From: Alphaproteobacteria bacterium
Lineage (GTDB): Bacteria > Pseudomonadota > Alphaproteobacteria > UBA2966
Length of the DNA stretch: 64,000 bases
Assembly: GCA_964291395.2 (NCBI GenBank)
Contig: OZ219856.1
Span: 1,312,001-1,376,000 of the forward strand
Direction of reading: 5' to 3'
Every line of letters starts with the position of its first letter. Positions within the stretch are counted from its first letter, which is position 1. This document shows, one piece after another, positions 1 through 7,907 of the stretch. A program made the position numbers and the translations under genes. The notes under the pieces were generated by a model. The model ran no database searches and was not told the origin of the DNA. It worked only from the letters and a program-made list of their open reading frames with translations.

Positions 1-372
1 AGTCTCAACCTTGCCCAAGATGATGGCGCCCGCCGCGCGAAGCCTGGCGATGCACGTCGCGTCGTAGCGAGGATTGAACGCACGCATGGGCGCGAAGTTG
101 CCTGCGGTCGGCAGGCGTTCGGTGAGGATAAGGTCTTTGATGCCGACGGGGATGCCGCACAACGGACCCGCCGATCCGTTCGCGTATGCCTGTTCGGCGG
201 ACCGAGCGGCCTCGCGGGCACCCTCCCTGTCCATGCAGACCCAGGACTGGATCGTCGGCTCCCGGTCGTCGATGCGGTCGAGCAGGGCGTCGAGATAATC
301 AACGGGCGACAGGATACCCGACCGCATCCGGTCGAGCGCCTCGGTCGCCGTGAGGTCGGAGAGGTCGGTCAT
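1..372 (-). CDS. Amidase signature (GatA-like) family protein, N-terminal part; runs off the window edge
   Basis: Manual translation from ATG at 372 gives MTDLSDLTATEALDRMRSGILSPVDYLDALLDRI...GPLCGIPVGIKDL...DATCIARLRAAGAIILGKVET, a typical amidase N-terminus including the catalytic Lys (IKD). Confidence 0.9.
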   Translation of the reverse strand, partial: MTDLSDLTATEALDRMRSGILSPVDYLDALLDRIDDREPTIQSWVCMDREGAREAARSAEQAYANGSAGPLCGIPVGIKDLILTERLPTAGNFAPMRAFNPRYDATCIARLRAAGAIILGKVET

Positions 373-378
373 GCGTTT

Positions 379-558
379 CTATGCGAGTGGTCGCGTGAAA
401 TCGGGATCTTCGCCGTCGAGTTCGACGGACTCGCTCAGCACCATCGCCAGCTGTTTGGCGGTGGCGTCGATTTCAGAAGCGAGTTCCGCGACACGTTCCT
501 GGCCGAGCCTGGCGAGAAGCGTGTGTCGCAGTTCGGCCGCTACGTCTTCCGGAGACAT
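379..558 (-). CDS. Small 59-aa protein directly upstream of the amidase (possible GatC/AtzG-like partner)
   Basis: ATG at 558 is preceded by a GAGGTGG SD-like motif. The stop lies 6 nt before the amidase ATG. The sequence is helical, with an acidic C-terminus (ELDGEDPDF). Confidence 0.6.
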   Translation of the reverse strand: MSPEDVAAELRHTLLARLGQERVAELASEIDATAKQLAMVLSESVELDGEDPDFTRPLA

Positions 559-842
559 CGTCGGGCCACCTCGTGGCAATGCCGATCGGCGGGACCGGCC
601 GACTTTAGCGCCATAGTCCCATTCGCGGAAACCTCATCCCGAGGATCTCGTATGCCACCGTTTCAGAGAGGACTCGGAACCAGAGTGTGGAAGGCAATTC
701 ACACGATTCGCGCGACATTTGGACGCCTGGACGACTGGTCTGTCCATGCTCTTTCTCGATCCGGCGCGTCCGGGTGTTTCCGCGCCGACGGCCGATGTTT
801 AGCATGTGTCCCGAGTCGAACGATGGCCGGAAGGCGGTAGCC

Positions 843-1871
843 ATGAAGACAGGTTTCCCGGGCGGGGTGCGCGTTGGCGTTTCGGCGTTGGTGACGTGCG
901 TTTCCCTTACCCTGTGTCCCCTGGTCGTCGGCGCGGACTCCGCGTCGCGTAGGAGCGATGTGGTCGAAACCCCGCCGCTCCAGGCGCTGACGTTCAAGGA
1001 TTGTGACATCTGTCCGGAGATGGTGGTGATCCCCGGGGATGATTTCATGATGGGATCATTCGAATCCGAACGGCATTGGGCCAAAACGCAAAGCAGCGCG
1101 CCCAACACGTTCGACGAGGAAGCGCCGGTCCATCGGGTCTCGGTGCCCTCCTTTGCCCTCGGAAAGTACGAGGTCACGTACGAAGAGTTCGTCGCGTTTG
1201 TCGCCGATACCCGACACACCTGGGCCGGGAGCTGCATCGCACTGGTCAAGTCCGCCAACAGCGACGCGCTCGTGTGGAAATCCGTGCGGACCGTCGTCTG
1301 GCGCGATGCGTTGTCTAGGCAGGACGCACGCAGTCCTGTGGTCTGCGTCAGTTGGGAGGATGCTCGGAGCTACGTCGGGTGGTTGTCGCAACGGACCGGC
1401 CAGGACTACCGATTGCCATCCGAGGCCGAGTGGGAATATGCGGCGCGAGGCGCTACGCAATCCGCGCGTTACTGGGGGAATGACTGGTCCAACAGGGATG
1501 CGTGCCGGTTCGCCAACGCGAACGATGCGACGTCCATGCGCGAGAACGGCTTCGAGTCTCGCTCGCTCGGCTGTGACGACGGTTATGCCAGGGCCGCGCC
1601 CGTGGGCACGTTTCGGACGAATGCCTTCGGCCTGCATGACATGCTGGGCAATGCGGAGGAATGGGTGGAAGACTGCCTCACCGAAAACTACGAAGGGGCC
1701 CCGACGGACGGCTCCGCGTGGGTCAGCGATTGGTGCACGCTTCGGGTCGTTCGCGGTGGGGCTTGGGTCTCCGGACCCCGGAGTCTCCGTTCGGCGGCCC
1801 GTTTGACGTCTGCTCCGAGAGACCGTCTCGTCTACACGGGTTTCCGCGTGGCCAAGACGTTGTCCCCTTGA
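843..1871 (+). CDS. SUMF1/FGE-sulfatase-domain (formylglycine-generating-enzyme-like) protein
   Basis: Motifs CPEMVVIPG, FALGKYEVT, PVVCVSWEDA, YRLPSEAEWEYAARG, NAFGLHDMLGNAEEWVED, RVVRGGAW, GFRVA. N-terminal hydrophobic segment. Start taken at ATG 843. Confidence 0.85.
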   Translation: MKTGFPGGVRVGVSALVTCVSLTLCPLVVGADSASRRSDVVETPPLQALTFKDCDICPEMVVIPGDDFMMGSFESERHWAKTQSSAPNTFDEEAPVHRVSVPSFALGKYEVTYEEFVAFVADTRHTWAGSCIALVKSANSDALVWKSVRTVVWRDALSRQDARSPVVCVSWEDARSYVGWLSQRTGQDYRLPSEAEWEYAARGATQSARYWGNDWSNRDACRFANANDATSMRENGFESRSLGCDDGYARAAPVGTFRTNAFGLHDMLGNAEEWVEDCLTENYEGAPTDGSAWVSDWCTLRVVRGGAWVSGPRSLRSAARLTSAPRDRLVYTGFRVAKTLSP

Positions 1872-1890
1872 GCGGCGAGTCCGACACCGA

Positions 1891-3069
1891 CTACGACGCC
1901 AGCAGCTCCCGGAACCGGCGCATGGCCTCTCCGATGTTCTCGATTGAGTTGGCGTAGGAGAAGCGGATGAACCCTTCACCATATTCTCCGAAGCTCGTGC
2001 CTGCGACGGCGGCGACGCCGGCTTCTTCGAGCAGCCGCTTTTGCAGGTCCTGGGCGGTGGCGCCGGTGCCGGTGATGTTGGCGAAGGCGTAGAAAGCGCC
2101 ACCCGGCATGACGCAACGGACGCCGGGGATGTTGTTGAGCTTATCGACGATGACTCGGCGGCGCTCGTCGAAGGCCCGCATCATCTCGTCTACCGCATCC
2201 TGGGGGCCGGTCAACGCCTCGATCCCCGCGTACTGCGTGGCGGCATTGACGCAGGAATGATCATTGACACAGAGCTTCACGGCGAGGTCGATAAGCGGTC
2301 CGGGCCACAGCGAATACCCGAGTCGCCAGCCGGTCATCGCGTAGGTCTTGGACCAGCCGTCGAGCAGGATCAGGCGGTCGCGGATCTCCTCGTAGGCTAG
2401 GAGGCTGACGTGCGGCTGGTTGTCGTAAACCATGCGCGAGTAGATCTCATCCGAAAGGATGCAGACATGCGGATGGGCGGCAAGACCGCCGACCAGGGTG
2501 TCGAGGCCGTCCTTGGAAAGGACGCCACCCGTGGGATTGGCGGGGCTGTTGATGATGATCAATCGCGTGTTTGGCGTGATGCGGTCGAGCACTTCATGCG
2601 GGTCGAATGAAAAGCCCGTCTCTTCATAGAGTGGAATCGGTACCGGGGTGGCGCCGGAAAACCGGATCGCCGATTCGTAAATGGGGAAGCCTGGATTCGG
2701 ATACATGATCTCCGCGCCGACCTCACCGAACATCAGACATGAGAAGAACATCGTCGGCTTGCCGCCCGGAACGATCAGGACTCGGTCGGGATCCACCGTG
2801 ACGCCCCGTCGCCGCTCGATGTCGGCGGCCACTGCCTCGCGCAGGGCCGGAACGCCGATCGCGGGAGTGTAGCCGTGATGGCCGTCGAGGAGCGCCTGAT
2901 TGCCCGCCGTCACGATGTTCGGCGGAGTTTTGAAATCGGGCTGACCGATTCCGAGGTTGATGATGTCACGGCCTTCCCGCGAAAGCTGTTCCGCCCGTGC
3001 GAGGACCTCAAAGGCCGTTTCGGTGCCGAGATCGGTCATCCGATCGGCGAGTGTCAGTGCTGCGCTCAT
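1891..3069 (-). CDS. PLP-dependent class I aminotransferase (aspartate aminotransferase-like)
   Basis: LGIGQPDF, NSPANPTG, SDEIY, GWSKTYAMTGWRLG (PLP Lys), IRFSYA. Start taken at ATG 3069. Confidence 0.92.
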   Translation of the reverse strand: MSAALTLADRMTDLGTETAFEVLARAEQLSREGRDIINLGIGQPDFKTPPNIVTAGNQALLDGHHGYTPAIGVPALREAVAADIERRRGVTVDPDRVLIVPGGKPTMFFSCLMFGEVGAEIMYPNPGFPIYESAIRFSGATPVPIPLYEETGFSFDPHEVLDRITPNTRLIIINSPANPTGGVLSKDGLDTLVGGLAAHPHVCILSDEIYSRMVYDNQPHVSLLAYEEIRDRLILLDGWSKTYAMTGWRLGYSLWPGPLIDLAVKLCVNDHSCVNAATQYAGIEALTGPQDAVDEMMRAFDERRRVIVDKLNNIPGVRCVMPGGAFYAFANITGTGATAQDLQKRLLEEAGVAAVAGTSFGEYGEGFIRFSYANSIENIGEAMRRFRELLAS

Positions 3070-3231
3070 GGCGCGGCAATATGCCACCCGTACGGATGCC
3101 CGGCAATCGCCGCGGGCCCGCCGCGCGGGTCCGGTGGCGGAATATCCCGGGCTTGCGGGAGTCCGGGGATTCCCCTAAACGAAATCCCGGCTGCGGCCAT
3201 GGCGCCGTGGAACCGATCAGGGGAGTGGGGC

Positions 3232-4389
3232 GTGAAACCGACGAACGACGTGTTCTCGGGTTTCGGCATGACCGTATTCGAGGTCATGTCGCGGCTCGCC
3301 ATGGAGCACAACACGGTCAATCTGGGGCAGGGGTTCCCCGACGACAATGGTCCTGCCGACGTCAGGGCCAAGGCGGCAGAAGCGCTTGAGGACCGCCCCA
3401 ACCAGTACCCGCCGATGATGGGCGTCCCGGAGCTGCGCCAAGCCCTGGCCACGCACGCCAAGCGGTTCTATGACCTTGACGTCGACTGGCGGACGGAGAC
3501 CATGGTGACCTCCGGAGCCACGGAGGCTCTGGCCGCATGCGCTCTCGGTCTGATCAGTCCGGGGGACGAGGTCGTGCTGATCGAGCCGCTCTACGATTGT
3601 TACTACCCCATGGTGATGCGTGCTGGAGCGACACCCCGTCTCGTTCAGGTCAAACCTCCTCATTGGGAGTTGCCGCGTTGTGAGTTGGCGGCGGCGTTCA
3701 ACGACAGGACCAAGATGATCCTGCTGAACGACCCCATGAACCCTTCGGGAAAGGTCTTCACCCGTGACGAACTCTCCTTCATCGCCGAGCTGTGCGTGGA
3801 ACACGATTGCTATGCAGTGTGCGATGAAGCTTACGAACATCTCCTTTATGACGGTCGCGAGCACCTGCCCCTGATCACCTTTCCGGGCATGCGGGGGCGA
3901 GCGATCAAGATCGGCTCCGCCGGCAAGACCTTCTCGCTGACCGGCTGGAAGGTGGGTTATCTGACGGCGGCGGCGGAGACGCTCAAGGCCGTATCGAAGG
4001 CGCATCAGTTCCTGACCTTCACGACGGCGCCCAATCTGCAACGCGCTGCGGCTTATGGACTGGAAAAGGATGATTCGTATTTCGAGGAGTTGGCGGGCGG
4101 TCTGCAGGAGCGCCGGGATTTCGTTTCCCGGGGTCTCGACGACATCGGGTTCGATGTCGTCGATTGCCACGGTACCTATTTCATCAATGCCGATTTTCGG
4201 CCCTTGGGCTTCAACGGTGGGGACGAGGAGTTCTGTCGGTACATCACGGTCGAGGCTGGGGTGACTGCGGTTCCCGTGAGCGCGTTTTATCCGAGTGGCG
4301 CGGTGAATTATCTCGCCCGGTTCTGCTTCAGCAAACAGTGGCCCGTGCTCGAAGAGGCGATCGACAGGCTCAAGACCCATTTCGGCTGA
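3232..4389 (+). CDS. PLP-dependent class I aminotransferase (YbdL/methionine-kynurenine aminotransferase-like)
   Basis: VNLGQGFPD, NQYPP, TSGATEA, DEAYEHL, GSAGKTFSLTGWKVG, RFCFSK. GTG start with GGGAG upstream. Confidence 0.9.
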   Translation: MKPTNDVFSGFGMTVFEVMSRLAMEHNTVNLGQGFPDDNGPADVRAKAAEALEDRPNQYPPMMGVPELRQALATHAKRFYDLDVDWRTETMVTSGATEALAACALGLISPGDEVVLIEPLYDCYYPMVMRAGATPRLVQVKPPHWELPRCELAAAFNDRTKMILLNDPMNPSGKVFTRDELSFIAELCVEHDCYAVCDEAYEHLLYDGREHLPLITFPGMRGRAIKIGSAGKTFSLTGWKVGYLTAAAETLKAVSKAHQFLTFTTAPNLQRAAAYGLEKDDSYFEELAGGLQERRDFVSRGLDDIGFDVVDCHGTYFINADFRPLGFNGGDEEFCRYITVEAGVTAVPVSAFYPSGAVNYLARFCFSKQWPVLEEAIDRLKTHFG

Positions 4390-4396
4390 GGTCTGC

Positions 4397-4426
4397 TTGA
4401 CGTCACGGCGCGCGCGGCGTTAAAGA
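4397..4426 (+). promoter_or_regulatory. Putative sigma70 promoter for tRNA-His
   Basis: TTGACG (4397-4402) followed 18 nt later by TAAAGA, just upstream of the tRNA. Confidence 0.5.
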
Positions 4427-4442
4427 GGGCACCTGTTCCCGT

Positions 4443-4520
4443 GGCGGGTGTAGCTCAGTTGGTTAGAGCACCAGATTGTGGATCTGGGGGCCGTGGGTTC
4501 GAATCCCATCACTCGCCCCA
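4443..4520 (+). tRNA. tRNA-His (GTG) with G-1:C73 and encoded CCA
   Basis: Cloverleaf: acceptor GCGGGTG/CACTCGC, D arm GCTC/GAGC, anticodon stem CCAGA-TTGTGGA-TCTGG, T arm GTGGG-TTCGAAT-CCCAT, discriminator C, then CCA. Confidence 0.97.
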
Positions 4521-4541
4521 ATTTTTCCGTCTCGTTGGAGA

Positions 4542-4633
4542 AGGGCACCTGTTCCCGGGGAGTCGGACAGTCGGGTTGAGCATTGGTTTGGATCTGGGAG
4601 CCGTCGGGCATTCGAATCCCATCGACTCCCACC
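4542..4633 (+). pseudogene. Degenerate tandem copy of tRNA-His and its 5' leader (tRNA-like element)
   Basis: The 16-nt leader AGGGCACCTGTTCCCG is identical at 4426-4441 and 4542-4557. The copy keeps GAGCA, TGGATCTGGG.GCCGT and TTCGAATCCCAT, and has a new perfect 8-bp stem GGGAGTCG/CGACTCCC. Confidence 0.75.
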
Positions 4634-4791
4634 TCGGGCTGATGGATAGCTCTTTACCTCCAGGATCGATGAGCGTTCTGTCGGTCTCCCGCAGCCGCCC
4701 CGCCGGTTCGTTTGCTTTCTCGTATTCATCCAGAACGGCAGGGACGGGTAGAGCCCGAGACGTTTCGGGGAGTCGAACCGACCGGCGAGGG

Positions 4792-7176
4792 TTACCTTGA
4801 AAAGTCGCCCGTGCCCGAGTCCCTTTCGACCTTCATGAGCAGTGGGGGCAGGAGGAAGAAATCGGCCATCAACGCCAGGGCGATCACCATTGCGGTGAGC
4901 TTGCCCATCCCGGCGTTGAGTTCGAAGCTGGAGAGACTCACCACGACGAAGCCCGCCACGAGCACAAGAGAGGTCGTGAGCAGGGCGCGGCCCACGGTGC
5001 GAAAGGCGACGCGCACCGCATCGGGAGACGCGCACCCGAGCTCACGCCGGGCTCGCCGGTACTTGCTGAGGAAGTGCACCGTGTCGTCGACCACGATGCC
5101 AAGCGTCATGGCCGTCACCACCGACAGAGAGACCCCCACCTCTCCCACTGCCAAACCCCAGATTCCGAAGCCCAGCGCGCCGGGGATCAGGTTCGGTACG
5201 AGACTCGTGAGCCCGAGCCGCAGCGATCGCAGCGCGAAGATGAGAATGAAGGAAATTCCGATGAGGGCAACTGTCGTCCCGACGAGCATCGAGACGATGT
5301 TTCGCCGACCGAGATAGGCAAACATCAAGGTGGTGCCGGAACTCTCGGGACGGACGATGTTCGGCGCGTGGTCCGCGAGCCATTGCAACGCGCGTCGATC
5401 GAGAGCGAGCACTTCGTTCGAAGAGAGCGTCTGCGTCGCCACCGTCATCCGGGTCGCTGACTTGTCGACGTCGATCTGGTTGTTGAGATCGAGACCGAAG
5501 GGAAGCGACATCTCGTAGAGGAGCAGGTACTGCGCGGCCTGCTCCCGGCTCGCGGGCAACCGGTACTCGGCCGGATCGTCGCCGTGCATGCTCATGTTGA
5601 GCCGCCGGAACGTATCGGTAATGACGTTGACGTGGATCGTTTCGGGTTGTTCCTTGTACCACTCGGCGAATGCCGCGATGTCGGCAAGAAAGTCGGGATC
5701 GCTAATCCCTTCCGCCTCGCCCGACGCGAGCGAATACTCCATGGTATACATGCCGGTGAGGTTCTCGGTGGTGAAATCCGCATCGCGCCGAAACTCGATG
5801 CTCTCGTCGAAGTAGTGAAGGAAGACGTCGTTCAGCTCATTGCGGGGTATCGACGCGACGAGCGCTACCACGATCAACCCGGACCCCCAGAGCAATTCCC
5901 GGCGTCGACGCACCACAAACTCCCCGAGCGCGGCCATCGCCGCATCGCCGCGGTGCCCGGTCGCGCGCACTCGAACCGGCAGCAGTGAGAGCAGCGCCGG
6001 CAGAAGGGTCACGGAGAGCGGGAACGCCGCGCCGACCCCGAAAGCGACGAAGGTGCCCAGCTGACGGAACGGCGGTACCTCGGAAAAGTTCATGCTCAGG
6101 AAGCCGAGCGTGGTGGTCAGGCTCGCGAGGAAGACCGGCTGAAGATTCACTCGTAACGACTCGACAATCGCATCCCGCTTGAGTCCACCGGTTCGAGCGC
6201 GCCGGAGCAGAGCGCCGCTACCCCGATCCGCGAGCATGCGGGACGCATCGCCCTGCATGTACTGGGAAAAGGTGGCGAAGACGTGGACGCAGTTGGCTAT
6301 CGCGACCGTCAGCACGACGATCGGTGCGATGGCGGAAGGCGCGGTCATCGGGAGGCCAACCCAGCCGCCGAGACCCACCGCGGTCATGACCGACATCGCG
6401 ACGACGAGCATGATTGCGAACGTCCCGCTGAGGCTCTGTGTCAGCAATACCAGCATCAGCGTCATCGCCGCGAAGCTCGCCGGGACGAGCGTCTTGAGAT
6501 CGCCCAGCGACACTTCCATGAAGGTCTGGTTAAAAATAGCCAAACCGGTAATTTTCACGTCAATGCCGGGGAAGCGTTCCCGAACCTCGTCCGCGAGCCC
6601 GCGCGCGGCCTCGATGACCTGGGGGCCTTCGAGTATTTTGTTTTCGCCCGGCAAGTGCACGGTCACATTGATGCCACTGACCCCGCCGTCGCGCGCAAGG
6701 AGACGTGCTGCGAGACGGGGCTCGGCGAGGGCGATGGCGCGAATCCGCGCCCGTTCGCTGGCGTCGCCGCGGGCAGCCTCGTCCACGAGGTCGCGAACCA
6801 GGATGTCGTCCCCGTCGGCCGTGGTGTGCTGGAAGTTGGTGACGGAGTCGACACGGGTCGAGTACGGGATCTGCCAGGACTGCTCGGTGAGCCACGCGGT
6901 CGCCTCGAGCGCGAGGGCCGAGGTGGCGTCGCGGCTCTCCGGGGCGATGGCGAAGAAGACGTTGCCGCGCTGGCCGTACGTGTTCTCCATCGCCTCGTAT
7001 GCGAGGAGCTGCGGATTGTCCTTGGAGAAGTAGATGCGGTGGTCGGCCGAGAACTCGAGAAACAACGTGCCGCTCGTCGCGATTCCGACCAGGACCGTGG
7101 TGACGATGATGATCGGCCACCGCGACACGACGACCCAGCCGCCGAGTCGTGACTCGAACTCCCGTACCGCCTTCAT
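4792..7176 (-). CDS. MMPL/RND-superfamily transporter
   Basis: Two repeats of TM + large periplasmic loop + 5 TM. Motifs SLTTTLGFLS and LGIVVDDTVHF. Start taken at ATG 7176. Confidence 0.9.
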   Translation of the reverse strand: MKAVREFESRLGGWVVVSRWPIIIVTTVLVGIATSGTLFLEFSADHRIYFSKDNPQLLAYEAMENTYGQRGNVFFAIAPESRDATSALALEATAWLTEQSWQIPYSTRVDSVTNFQHTTADGDDILVRDLVDEAARGDASERARIRAIALAEPRLAARLLARDGGVSGINVTVHLPGENKILEGPQVIEAARGLADEVRERFPGIDVKITGLAIFNQTFMEVSLGDLKTLVPASFAAMTLMLVLLTQSLSGTFAIMLVVAMSVMTAVGLGGWVGLPMTAPSAIAPIVVLTVAIANCVHVFATFSQYMQGDASRMLADRGSGALLRRARTGGLKRDAIVESLRVNLQPVFLASLTTTLGFLSMNFSEVPPFRQLGTFVAFGVGAAFPLSVTLLPALLSLLPVRVRATGHRGDAAMAALGEFVVRRRRELLWGSGLIVVALVASIPRNELNDVFLHYFDESIEFRRDADFTTENLTGMYTMEYSLASGEAEGISDPDFLADIAAFAEWYKEQPETIHVNVITDTFRRLNMSMHGDDPAEYRLPASREQAAQYLLLYEMSLPFGLDLNNQIDVDKSATRMTVATQTLSSNEVLALDRRALQWLADHAPNIVRPESSGTTLMFAYLGRRNIVSMLVGTTVALIGISFILIFALRSLRLGLTSLVPNLIPGALGFGIWGLAVGEVGVSLSVVTAMTLGIVVDDTVHFLSKYRRARRELGCASPDAVRVAFRTVGRALLTTSLVLVAGFVVVSLSSFELNAGMGKLTAMVIALALMADFFLLPPLLMKVERDSGTGDFSR

Positions 7177-7267
7177 ACCTTGCACGGACCGCGGTTTTAT
7201 CACTCGCTCAAGCCGAGGCCCCCGCACCCGTCCGTGGTGCCGGCCTCTGGTTCTCTCCGCCCTTCGT

Positions 7268-7600
7268 TCAAGTCACCCCCGCCGTAGTGGTCAAGCGAAG
7301 TCCGATGGCGCCAACGGCAATCAGCCCGATACAAGCCAGTTGGATGGATTTGAGATGTTCGTCGAACACCAGAAATCCGATGAGGGTGATGGCCATAATG
7401 CCAATTCCCGCCCACAGGGCGTACGCGACGCCGACCGGGATTACCTTGATGGCGGGAGCCATCACCCAAAAGCAGCCCGTGAAAGAGATGATGGCGAGAA
7501 CCCCCCAATGCCACTTCTCGAAACCGTGCGATAGTTTCAGCAGGAAGGTGCCGGTCACCTCCAGCGCGATGGCAAGGGCCAACAAGATCCAAGCGCTCAT
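7268..7600 (-). CDS. Small multidrug resistance (SMR/DMT) transporter, EmrE/Qac-like
   Basis: 110 aa with 4 TM. WILLALAIALEVTGTFLLKLSHGF contains the conserved membrane Glu; also VAYALWAGIG. GAGG SD upstream. Confidence 0.9.
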   Translation of the reverse strand: MSAWILLALAIALEVTGTFLLKLSHGFEKWHWGVLAIISFTGCFWVMAPAIKVIPVGVAYALWAGIGIMAITLIGFLVFDEHLKSIQLACIGLIAVGAIGLRLTTTAGVT

Positions 7601-7747
7601 TGAATTGCACCTCGACTGTTGGGCGGCACGTCGTCCGGTGCAACCCTGACGGCCAGAATAGCCGCTGCGGCCCCGGCAGTCTTGCACCGGATTCCACCCT
7701 CGGACGCTGCCGCCCGGCGCCCGCTCGAGCCCCGGGCGCCCAAAGGG

Positions 7748-7767
7748 AAGGGGGCCGAAGCCCCCTT
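7748..7767 (-). terminator. Stable hairpin, possible terminator or attenuator upstream of the SMR gene
   Basis: On the minus strand AAGGGGGC-TTCG-GCCCCCTT (cUUCGg tetraloop) is followed by CCCTTT. The U-tract is weak. Confidence 0.4.
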
Positions 7768-7907
7768 GATCAAGACCGGTCGTGCGACGCCCTCGTGCAG
7801 CGCCGCCTTCTCATCGTCGCTCAACGCGTTGTACTGCGTGATGTCCATTGGACACGCTTCGACCCATGGCGCAACATGTGTCCGGACAATTCGCCGGGGA
7901 ACCTGCC

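Noticed and set aside
843-1871. FGE-like protein as a true formylglycine-generating enzyme, or as a diversity-generating retroelement (DGR) target
   Set aside because: The catalytic CxxxxC motif is missing after RGGAW and no sulfatase is nearby. I saw no reverse transcriptase or template repeat in the window.
3070-3231. GC-rich hairpins between the divergent aminotransferases
   Set aside because: Imperfect stems in very GC-rich DNA are expected by chance, and no known motif was recognised.
4542-4633. tRNA copy as the attR/attL of an integrative element, or as a functional tRNA-Sec/allo-tRNA
   Set aside because: No integrase is present and the copy includes the 5' leader. The D stem and anticodon arm are disrupted, so decoding is implausible.
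7615-7640. CCGGACGACGTGCCGCC resembles the 5' end of a guanidine-III riboswitch
   Set aside because: The downstream pairing partners needed for the P1/P2 pseudoknot are absent, and the SMR is not clearly Gdx-type. Kept only as an unassigned switch candidate.
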